From Gonapodya sp. JEL0774 (Eukaryota): a stretch of DNA of 64,000 nt. Of this stretch, positions 1 to 11,018 are shown piece by piece; within the stretch, counting starts at the first letter, position 1; each line of letters begins with the position of its first letter. Location of the stretch: contig JADIIX010000048.1 in the NCBI GenBank assembly GCA_027604505.1, positions 62,001-126,000 of the forward strand. The letters are read 5' to 3'. The translations under genes and the position numbers were made by a program. The notes under the pieces are model-generated. The model was not told the DNA's origin, did no database searches, and saw only the letters and a list, made by a program, of their open reading frames with translations.

Positions 1-702
1 AAGAATGGCACAAGTCCATCCCCTCAGAAGTTCAAGGTTCAAGGTCTCAAATGACGTGAGGCACGTGTCCTGAGACGCGCGAGAGTTTCGGTAGGATGTC
101 ACCGTTTATTGCTCGCTGGGCAGCGCCCCACTCCAAGGATCGGCAGCCAAATCGGCGCTGTACCCGATGCTACGTGCTCCATTCTCTACTATTCTTCCTC
201 CCGAGCCCCAACTCCCACGAGCTTTCCTCTGTCCTAAATTCAAAGATGCAATGCAGAATCCATTATCTGCTCTTCTCAGTTCAAAGTTCATTATTACCAC
301 TTGAGGTTCCTCGATCTCGGCCCATTCGGTGGGGACTTTTATGGTTCCAACTTCATTCTGTCATCTCCAAAGTTGATTCTCAACTCGGTGGAAGTCACTC
401 GAGGTTCGTTCTCCCCCTTACAGTGGCAATCCCTTCGTCTACCGTGTATGGGAACATGAAGCTGACATGCTCCGGGCTCAGAATCAAGAGTGCTCGAATG
501 GCAACACATCAACCAACTCCAGCTCCGCTTTATCGACTTGTTGCTTGAACCACGTCACCCAATCATGCCAATAGCTCTTCTCTTTTCCAAATATCTTTTC
601 CAGTCTTTGAATTTTTCCGCTCAGTCCATTGCCGGATTCATGGGGTCTCGGGAAGGAGCAAGCGAGTTCAGTTCGCTGTTCCTTGTCCAGAAGCCAACGC
701 AC

Positions 703-959
703 CTAATCAAGACGTAGTAAAGGTACCTGAAGACTTCCTGAGCTGCGACTGCGACGACGATAGCAAAGATCTGGGACGATTGTAGTGGGGGAATGATGCG
801 CCAAATGAGCGCGGATATCAAGAGCGACAGGAGCCAGAAGAAAGCACTGGAGATTGCAAGGAGCGCGAGTGCCGCATCGTTTGCCACGAAGCCGAAGAAA
901 ATGGCGAGAGCCGGAGAGTATGCAGTGAGCAGACACCCGAAGAAGGACAGCAGTGTCAT
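703..959 (-). CDS. APH1: Gamma-secretase subunit APH-1, first exon only (rest not found in window)
   Basis: MTLLSFFGCLLTAYSPALAIFF...AISSAFFWLLSLLISALIW...AAQEVFRYLYYVLI matches the APH-1 N-terminus (FFGC-x-F, FFWLxSLL, QExFR motifs). ATG at 959; GTGCGT donor at 702. Confidence 0.85.
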
Positions 960-1337
960 TGTGGTCAGAGTGTGTGCCGCCCTACACCAGCTGCCCATGA
1001 CACCCCACGACGCATAGGGAACTACGCGAATCTGGGGGGGCCGCTCAACTCGCACACGCAAACTAAATTTTTCACCCTGAAGCGAGCGAATCGTTCGCTT
1101 CACCCCCCATTGGGCTCGCAATAATGTGGAGACATGGTCGAACACGCCGTCGGACTAATTGATGGACTGGCAATGTAAATGACATTCTTCAAAAATAAAG
1201 TATACATAAATGAACTCATAGTGAATCAATAGAGCAGTGACAATCAGTTCCTTGGACAATAATAGTCGCCACGTGACCCAGAACAACAGTCAACAAACTT
1301 CCATTCAACCGTCCTCAATCCTCATTCCATCGGCGGG

Positions 1338-1952
1338 TCATATCCGATAGCGTCCTCGGTTCAAAGGCACCCTCCACTTTTCTGTCTGCTTTTCGATTTT
1401 CCCCACAACGTGATCTGTCACCCTTTTGCTGAAAACGATCATCAGAAGAACCAACACGACGGTGACCAGATTTTGACCGAAAATAGAGTTGAGAGGCGCC
1501 AAGATGGGGGACGATGTCATGGTATATTCAAGAATCTAAACGGAGTTTCACATGCGAACAAACCAGACAGACGACAGTGAATAGACTTGTCAGGAGCTGT
1601 GTGATTGCCATGCAGAGTTGAGAAGTCTATCCTCACCTGGCTCTGGAGAAAAAGGGAAGATGGCAAAAGGATCACTGGTCAGAGAGCGTGACAGAATCGC
1701 CTTTTCTCTTCTTATAGGAACAGTTGTCTTGCTTGGGAGATCGCCTCAAACCTGCTGTGGCCTCAGCCGAGATATTGCACTGATCTTGCTGGGAAGGAAA
1801 CGGGGCAGCTCCAAAAATGTATTCTCTTTCAGCAGGAGAATAATCATTATCCCGCTGTCTTTGATGTCAGCTCTGGTGGCCTGGAGCTCGTGGCGAATAC
1901 GAAGCAGGTTGTCCTTGTTCACTTTCGCCAGCAACCAACTGTCCAAATCCAT
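1338..1952 (-). CDS. Small hypothetical membrane protein (3 predicted exons, including a 6-nt microexon)
   Basis: Phase-0 splicing joins 1952-1752, 1642-1637 (ctccag|AGCCAG|gtgagg) and 1535-1338. The product ends in a hydrophobic stretch (LVTVVLVLLMIVF). No family recognised and the start is uncertain. Confidence 0.35.
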
Positions 1953-2157
1953 GTCACACACGCCAGCGAAGAACACCTAAGACAAGTGTGTGTGTTTACG
2001 AGTGTCGCCATTCCCAGTAAGCCGTCTATTTAAGCCGTCTATCCCAAGACCGGTGTAGTAAGTAAGTGTACTGTACATAAAAATTGCAAAGTTCCTTCAC
2101 GCGTCCCACCCGCCACCGTCACCAGAGATCCCGTCTATACTACTCCCACTGCTTCCA

Positions 2158-3910
2158 TCATGCCCGAATCCCGCGAGGATGCGTCTGATGGAACTTCCAT
2201 GCGGACGCAATAATGTCTTCTACGCTATTGTACTTTCGCACCCAGCCAAGATGTTCTTCAGCATCCTTGGAAGAGGCGATAAGCACGGGGGGGTCTCCCT
2301 CTCGTCTACGAGGAGTGAATGCGAATGATGTAGGGGTGTCAAGTGCAATTTCAAAGGGCGATTCATCCACGACGGAGGGACGGTCACGCATAAAACGCGT
2401 ACATGGGATGATAGACAGTCACAGAAGAGAGATTTGCTGTTATAGACAGCCTACAGAGAATATGACAATTGCACAACTCGTACCGTCCTTCTTCTATTGC
2501 AGGTATCGGGTGCCCCGTAACCTTCCTTGCTGCCTCAAGGACCTCACGAACCGAATAGCCTTTGCCTGAGCCCAGATTGAATCGACCAGACTTGTTCTTG
2601 GTAACCATGTATTCAAGAGCCTGTAAAGATAGGGGACAACACGATCAGGAAGTTTTGGACAGAACTGATTCGTGGTCAAAGTCAGATACATCACCTTAAT
2701 ATGCGCCGTCGCAAGATCTGTGACATGAACGTAGTCCCGCACTGCAGTCCCGTCGCTGGTGGGGTAGTCCGTGCCGTAGATTTTAACTTCTTTCCGTCGA
2801 CCAAGAGGCACCTGACAGAAACCATCATCCACGCAGAGCTATCAGATAGCATAGCGAGCAGAGTAGAATATGGGGGAAGCTCACCTGGAGTACCATGGGA
2901 ATAAGATGGGTCTCAGGTTCGTGGTCCTCGCCAATGTCTCCATCAGCGTCGGCTCCACAGGCGTTAAAATAACGGAGGCAAACAGATTTGATGCCATATG
3001 CAGATTCACACCTGCAAGTGTGGAGTGAGGTGATGTTCGGCTGTGGCCTGGAACACTTGACGAACCATGTAAGAATGTTCTCCACGACCAGTTTTGTGTC
3101 ACCGTATGGGCTCATGGGTATTCGCTCCTCGTCACTAGGAATGGGAATGGTTTTGGGGGCGGCGAAGAGTGCGGCGGTGGAGGAGAAGATGATGAACTGC
3201 GGCAATCGCATCAGCCAAAGAGGCACTGTATTGGTGAACCCCCTGCAGCGGTACGCTGACAAAAGTAACACATCCACTCACTCGACAATTATGCTTCACC
3301 ATTGCCCGCAAGAGATTCACGGTCCCGCACACGTTGTTGTCATAGTAGTCCAAGGGATCGCGGACGGAATCGGGTACCACAATGTAGGCACTCATATGCT
3401 GGGAGGTCACAGCGTCACGCAAATTTTCATTCACAGAGCGACAAAGAAGACATTAAAATGATTCGATTGGAAGCCTCGCGAGTTGTTCTCTGGCATTCCA
3501 CCTCACCATCACAGCGTCGGGTTTGTGTCGTCGAAATAGATCTTCTAAGAACGCCGCGTCCCGGATATCACCCTTTTCCAGTGTCGCGCCCTTACTCACG
3601 GCTTCAGCGTGGCCTGTGGGGGTTTATATCTCGGTTGTGAATCAAGTTCTCGCTCGATCAACGACGCAAGCAACTGCGAATCTACTCACCTTTGGATAGA
3701 TTGTCCACAGCCACCACTTCATGTTTCCCAGTCCGTATTAACTCTCTCACCGCGTGGCTTCCAATGTATCCTGCACCGCCAACGACAAACACCTGGATGG
3801 TGAGCGCATGTCACGACAATGGACGGTAGGTCAACAGACGGGATTACGCAGCCGAATTGGGGGATTCTAATCGCGTGACTTCCTGGCGGCGGTGGCTGAC
3901 TGACCTTCAT
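2158..3910 (-). CDS. galE: UDP-glucose 4-epimerase (GalE), multi-exon
   Basis: Spliced [21 protein letters not shown] (GxxGxxG), FSSTAA, PYGDTK (YxxxK), [37 protein letters not shown]-terminal [10 protein letters not shown]. Confidence 0.95.
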
Positions 3911-4084
3911 GATATGATGGAAAAGAAATCAACTGATTATGCCTGTTGCCGTGATGATGATTCATTTCGCTCGCACCAGCGCTGACCACGGGTAAACCTT
4001 CCCCATTCACCAGATTCAAACTTTGCATTGAAGGCTAACTTTTTTAGAGTCACACACATTGTAAAGTATAGTAAAGAATACAAT

Positions 4085-5720
4085 CTATTCCGACTTCATT
4101 GGTTTTCTTCCTGCGGCCGCTGTCTTCGCCTTCACCGACGATGCCTTGCCGGCGGGCTTTTGTCCAATTGCCGCAGCAGCCACCTTCTTTGTCACGTCAC
4201 CAGCTTTGCTCTTCTTCTGCGCCTGGCTCTTCACCAGTGCCAGTGAACTATCCTCTACAATCTCCTCCTTCACCAATTGTCCAAGGGTTTTGGTACTTCC
4301 GTCTTTCCGGATCGTCTCTTCCTTGACCATAACCTCCGCCCCGCCCTCTTTCCGCGCCTTCTTATCTCCAGTAAGTCTTGTCGTCCCTTCCGCACCAGTT
4401 TCCTCCTCGTTTCTCTTGCGCTTCGACCCAGCCCTAGCCGCATTTTCAGCTGACTTGGGCTTCACCTCGATCACCATCTTCTCTTCGGGTAACGCATTGT
4501 ACACCGGTAAGCTGACGCTTTCACTCGTTTTCACGTGCACGGACTGCACGTTGGCCCATTTCCGTGGGATATGGGAAGAGACGATGGTATTAAGAACAGA
4601 GAGGATGTTGGCCGTGAGTTGTTCGGCGCTTTGTGAGGTGATGCCCACACGAATCGAGCTGTCAAAATAAGAAGACGGGACAACCGTTCAGAGAAGAGAG
4701 AGAGAGAGAGGCAAAAGGATTGGTGCATTCGAAGAGTCGCTAGCGCAAAGGACAAACCAGATTGGGAAACACACGTGCAGCTTCCGCGGTTCACGTGGAG
4801 ATAGGTACAACTTCGGGCAGCCTTGATTTCACTTGTGAGGTCAGATTTTGTGAGATTGACCGGTACCGGTTGTCTTGGTAACCCCGTGGAAAGTACATCA
4901 TCAACAACTAGCCCCTTCTTCGAAAACCGTGAGCAACTGAGTACTTACTTTTTTGCCTCGAAAAACTTCTTTCCAAGAATCTTGGGTAATAATGGCAGAA
5001 CCCGCTCGTCTGCCAAGAAGAGGTCATATTCCTTCACAAGTTGCCGCTTAGCCTCAAAGGGCTTGTATTTCGCCTTTAGCTTGGAAACCCCGATGACCTA
5101 GAATCAAGAGAACATGAACTCTTATAAGCAATCATCTACATATGTTGGGTGCAACATGAATGTCCGATTACAGTACCTTGTTCACCAACTTCCGGGCTTC
5201 GCCATCCGGTGACGCGTCCAGCTTATCTTTGTACTCTCGCTGTGGATCTTTGGTGATAAGACAGACAGAGGCGGAGGAAGGAAGAAATGAGTGGGGAAGA
5301 GGGCTGGACGGGGTGATATCATCAGTGCCACGTCAACCCTACAAATCGAAGCCTGATTCCGCTGCCGGACAGCTCATATCTCTTAGAAGAGATGCATCCA
5401 CACTGGAAGTTGAAGCACTTTTTTTGGCAGGGATGGGTTTACTCACACTTTGATTGGTTTTGCCCTGTAAGTATCAGGAATGGTTCTTGTAGCCACGACA
5501 ACCCATACAAATTGAGCTTCTGGCGCTAGAGGAAGTTCATTGTCCTGAGATTTTGGTCTGGATTTTTCGAACCAGGCAAGGAGCGCCTTGGTAGCGCGTT
5601 CAACCTGTGGTAACATGAAGGACATGAGGCCCGAGAACAGAGAAGGTGCGGTGGGCTATGCCATATGGAACAAGTCAGCGATACCTGTTTTGGGTCCAGC
5701 GAGGGATGAGGTGGCTGCAT
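4085..5720 (-). CDS. RSL1D1: Ribosomal L1 domain-containing protein (RSL1D1/Utp30/Cic1 family)
   Basis: Exons give QVERATKALL, PLPHS..VCLITKDPQ, VIGVSKLKAKYKPFEAKRQL..YDLFLADERV..LPKILGKKFF, and KWANVQSVHVKTSESVSLPVY, followed by a basic tail. Confidence 0.9.
4694..4710 (+). repeat. (GA)n microsatellite in an RSL1D1 intron (pyrimidine tract on the coding strand)
   Basis: gagagagagagagagag read directly. Confidence 0.8.
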
Positions 5721-5846
5721 CGTTTAGCAGTGTTTCGAGTGGGTGAGTCGCAATGGGGTCACGACTTTGGTCCTTGAAAAGAGAAAGTCGAGCTCTCTTC
5801 ACCTACCACAAATCCCCGTGAAACTCACCAACTCAAACTCGGCAGG

Positions 5847-8800
5847 ATGGCATCAGTCCTCCAGCTATTCTGGGATCTAGTATCAATTGATCCTGCTGTC
5901 AGAAACAAGGCAGTACTCTCCCTCTTGTCCACCTTGACTGAAGAGCAAACAGCTTATGTGAACCAGCTCCGGGAATCCGGGCAGTGGAACACTCTTCTCG
6001 AACAATTGAGGGCACTCCACACTCGAATGGACTCTAAAAGCGCGCTGTCGAAACGGGGTAAACACGTGGACGGTGGAAAGAGCACGGATCGTGAGAGAAA
6101 AGATCTTGAAGACACCACCGAGAAGGAGCTTGAGGAGCTGTTGGACCAAATGTGCGCTTCTAATGTTTCATACGCGCTTAAAAGGCTGCTTAGAGGTTTG
6201 CCAAGCTCTCGAGAGGCTGCGAGACAGGGATTCGCGGTTGCGTTAACCGAGGTACGTGAAATCTCTTATCACTGCGACACCTTCGCACAGATCTTTTTTT
6301 CCACCTATCTCACCATAATTTAATTTTAACTAATGCAATTTATAGCTCCTATCTCTCCTCTCCTTCATCCCCATTACCCATGTTCTCGATTCATTGACCA
6401 AACATACTGACGTGACAGGCTCAATGAACGGCCAGGAAGAACGTGAAATGTACTTTGGACGCGTTTTTGGGGTAATGAGTTTGGTTTCGAGTGGGCGCTT
6501 GGCACATGTGAAAGGTCCACCGCCAACATCAAATGATGAAGCACTTGTGCCATGTCTTGCTCGAGAAGGAGAGTTTGGACAAACTAAGGAGAAAAAAAAG
6601 AAAAAGAAGAAGGGTCCGGTGGATGAGGATTTGCCAACAGAGCTGGCGGCACGACAAAGTGCCGATTCTGGAACCCCTTCTAATGACAGTGACGTGGCTC
6701 AAGCCACACCCAATGAGGTGCTTCGTATCGCCACGTCAGTCATCGAGTGGTCTGAGAAGAAAGTTTATTTGCGGGAGTCCTGCTACAAAGTGCTGGTGGA
6801 CCTTTGCACGGAGGTACGTGCTTCGTTCCAGCTGATCACTGGCAAAACCGATCCCAATGAAGCCACCGCATTAGTTATCAAATACACCAAATGGGAAATC
6901 TCTCTTGGAATCTGTTGCGCGTGCAATCTTTGCCAGCACTTACCCCTCCTCCGACGATAGTCCAGCCGCGACCAAGTCGCCTTACGACAGTCCAGAGGAC
7001 CTATGGTTTGCGTGTCACCTGGAAGATCTTGATGTGGTGAGTACGCGCGGAGACTGCGACCCCTCTTGGAGTACCGCTAAACAGTCCCTCACCCCTCACC
7101 ACCCAGTCCATTCCTCACATCCCTTCCCCTGTCCTCTCGCGCACCGCTCTTTCCAAAATCGTCGAAGCTCTCAAAGCGAGCTCACACACGCACCCAAAGT
7201 TACATAGTGTGTGGGAAGTTGTACTCAGAAAATCCATTGAGGGCGACGTCAAAGGAGGGAAGGGAGTCGGATTCAAAGAGTTCTGGAAAGCAGCGGTGCA
7301 AGGTGAAGGGGATTGTACGACCTTATTCGAGTTTCTCCCGACAGATCCCCTTTCCATCTCCAGACCGGCTCCTTGCAAGTTCTTCACACGTTCACAAGTA
7401 CTTGGCACTTCAATGCGTTGTGCTTGTTCTTCCGCTACTGGCAACCCGCTCCCCCGAACAAATCGCCTTCATCATATCTCCAATCCTTATCCGCACTCTC
7501 GTCAACAATCTCTCCGACAAAAAAACTCTCCTGAACAAGATTTGTGGCGTTGTGTGCAATAAGCTGACTGAGATCGTTACGGGGCAGAAACCCGAACCCG
7601 TTGCAAAGGGACGAAAGGACAAGGCTCAGGCAGAGTTGCCAGAAGGAGCTGAACCTGTGCCAGTTCCAGTTCCTCTACCCAATTCTAACCTCGGCCTATC
7701 GGTACTAGTGACTATTTTGAACATCGGCGAACAAGGTATGCAGTTTGATCGCATAACTGGAACCAAAACCCTTGAGAGTATTCTCCAAGGCCTTGACACC
7801 AAAGGGATCACTGGCTATATTAAATACTTGTGCGAAAGTTTTGTGGACCTTTCCAAAGGTGGACCTGGTCAGATTGGGACTGCGGCTGGTGAAGGTGCTG
7901 AGGCTCAGGGGGGTGTTCGGTCAGCTCGCTCCATCGAGAGCCATCGACAGTGGTGTGTCGACCAACTTTTTCACTTAGTCAAGATGCGCCATAGGCTGGG
8001 GAAGGTTACTCCCGTTGACGAGAGGGAAATGGTCGAAGGTGTTATGCGGTTTGTGTTTTTGAACGGATTCGTAAAAACGACGGACGAGACGGGTAAATTA
8101 AAGAGCAAGTTGGGAAAAGAGGCATTGGTTCTTGTGGAGGAAGCCTTGACATACTCCAAGTGCCTCCCGGCATTGACGGAAGCGACCAGGGCAATATGCA
8201 GGGCGAGATTCTGGGCCATCCTGGGAGATGCTTTTTCCGGCTCCAGTGAGTTGCTTTCTCGGCATTATCGGGATGCAATCGGTCGTCGATTCTTACCTCG
8301 TCTCATTGCAGCGGCTCGAGTGAAGACTGCGTCTGGGGACTTCAATGGACTGACTGAACCTGTACCGCCCCGGGAGACATTCACGACAGCAAACGAGCGG
8401 CTTTTGCAATACCCTACCTTTGCCGTGACTATTGCAAAGCAAACTGAGAAGTTGTCCCCGCATCTGGTTTTCGCTCGGCCGCTGCCTGATGCCTTAGTAG
8501 CGGCGCGAAATAAGGCATGGGGTACCGCTAATTTGATCAGCAAACGATGTGATACCGAATTGGCGGGTGCGGAGATTTCAAAGGAAACCAGGGAACTCAT
8601 TGGACAATTGAAATCGATTGAATTGATGTTCATTTTCCTTGGCCTTCAATGCTACTCTGCAAGCACCATGATAGATGAGAGTTCGGAGAATGGTCAAGAG
8701 CGGGCCAATGATGGCGAAGGCCTTCTTATTGGTGAGGAACAACTCTTGGATGACATCAAAGTGAGTCTCCAATGAGTGAACGTCGTGCCAAACCACAGTT

Positions 8801-10935
8801 TAACGTCATGTTCATCACTTAAAATAGGAACTGCAAGATTGCTATCAACGCATCGACGTCGGTCTTTTCCCGAAAGAGAAGAAAGCGTTGAAGCGGAAGG
8901 CGTCATCTGTTATTCACGAGCTGGCAGGAGAGGATTCCTCAGATCCATCGCCCGTTGATGTGCTCGTTGACTTGCTTGTCTCGTTCCTATCCAAGCCGTC
9001 AGCGCTTTTGAGACAGATTGTAGAGATTGTGTTTCGGTCAGTTTCCGTGATGAAGGGAGGTTTGACCAAAAAGGCGACAACCGTACTTTTGAACGTGAGT
9101 GGGATATCTTCGAGTCTGGCGTCTTTACTTCTCAGTAAACTGCGCGATTCTGTCAGATCGCCGAAAACAGGGAAGATACGGAGATGGAGGATGTTGAAGA
9201 CGGTGAAGAGGCAGTGTCCAACGATGACACTGACAAGAACAGCGAGAGGAGTGGGGAGAATGCCTCGAGTGATGATGAATTGGACGAAGTCGAAAGCAGC
9301 CATGACAGTGAAGAAGACGAGGATGATGATGATGACGACGACAAGGCGGAGGAGGATGATGAAGAGCGTAAACCATCTCCTGAGAATGAACTACGGAATG
9401 CGATCGAAAAGGCACTCAGAGAAAGTGGCGCCGGTGTATCTATGGACTCAGATGCTGAGAGTGAAGATGAAGAAGATTGGGATGACGATCAGATGGAGGC
9501 GTTCGACGCAAAGCTGGCAGAAGTATTCCGAGAGAGGAAGAACGCCAAAAGGGAAAAGAAAGGTTAGTGGATTGCTTGGATGCGCGCGCTTTGATTGATC
9601 ACTGACACGGCAGGTTGAAGAGTTGAAGCAACAAATGATTCACTTCCGATTGAAGGTGTTGGACCTTATCGACATCTTTCTGCGGAATTCAGATACACAT
9701 CCTCGAGGAATTGACTTCCCTGTTCCACTTTTAAGGCTAGCTTATTCCACTGCAACTTCAGAAAAGGAAATTCACTCGAAAGTCACAGCCATTATCAAAT
9801 CTCGGTTCGGTCGGGCGAAGGAGTATCCAAAAGTTCGCCCAGGTCTCACGGACTTCACTGCCCAGGACTTGGAAGCGCAGCTCGTCGAAGTCATGTCGTT
9901 GGCCAAAAAGTCCGGAGGTGGCCGAGAGTTCGGAGATTGTTGTGCCGGAACAGCCGTTTTTATCGTGAAGACCTGGATTGGAAACTTCAGGGACCTTGAC
10001 TCGCAAAGGATAGTGCACCAAGATCCGGAACCAAAACACAAGGACAAGAAGCTTAAGTTTACTTCAGGATCAACAGAACAAGCGCAGTATCCCCTAGAAT
10101 CGTCTTCCGAAGCCATCGCACGGATATACGGATCCGTTCTATCGGACTATATGATGAGCAAGCATGGACGGTTTCCTCTTCCCGTTCTCGAAGAACTTAT
10201 AAAGAGGTTCCCAGATATTGCGTGGAGGGCCTTCGCATCTAAGCTCGTGGTTTTCATGGATTATCAGAGTTGCTCAAGAGATTTTGATGAGGACACAAAG
10301 ATGAGGATCATCTCTAACGCCCGACAATTTCAAATTACACAAGCATTTGCGCTGATGGAGCATTTGATGAAGGCACAGAAAGTGCGTGATTTTGGACATT
10401 GTAAGGATATTGGAACGTAATTACTCAGCTGCATTATTTTTTGTCAGGATCCTGCGACCATAACTGCCCCGACTCTCTCAACACTCGTGTCCGAGATTGC
10501 ATCAGCATTTCAATCCACCTTCCGCTTTTTACTTGCAGCGGATAAAAGTAAGGGCTTGGAGGCTGTGTTTCGGCAGCCTAGGTTACGACAAGTCCTTGGA
10601 CATTTGGCGGGAGTTGTTCGACGAACCCGTCAAACCTTGGGAGACAAAGTGAGCGGAAGCAAAGTTGACCGATCTGAAATCACATCATTCGCCAACGATT
10701 TTGTCTATGCGCGTAGTTCCACATCCTTTGGCAGGTGGATGAGATCTCAGGAGTACTACATGAGTACTGGACTGAGGTACAGGTGGTCCCACTCGCGAAA
10801 AAGCAACATGAGCAAAAAGCCAAGACGGGCAAGGCCAAGCCCAAAGACTTGCCCGAGAAGACGCAGCAGTGGAGGGCGATGAAAAATAGCATCAACGCAT
10901 TCTATGGAGCGTTGGGTCTGAAACCGCTTCAATGA
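5847..10935 (+). CDS. POL5: DNA polymerase phi / Pol5 / MYBBP1A-family nucleolar protein
   Basis: LQLFWDL, YALKRLLRGLPSSREAARQGFAVALTE, GQEEREMYFGRVFG, FDRITGTKT, VDVLVDLLVSFLSKPSALLR, acidic tract with DDDQMEAFDAKLAEVF, and HFRLKVLDLIDIF. Confidence 0.92.
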
Positions 10936-11018
10936 CATTGTATAATTACACGATACCTCAACGGCACTCCCGAATCAATTTATGGTTTCATTACTTATAT
11001 ACATGAATGTTGCTGCCA

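Noticed and set aside
6591..6612. A-rich run resembling a slippery site or retro-insertion tail
   Set aside because: It encodes an in-frame poly-Lys stretch (probable NLS/nucleolar signal) in Pol5.
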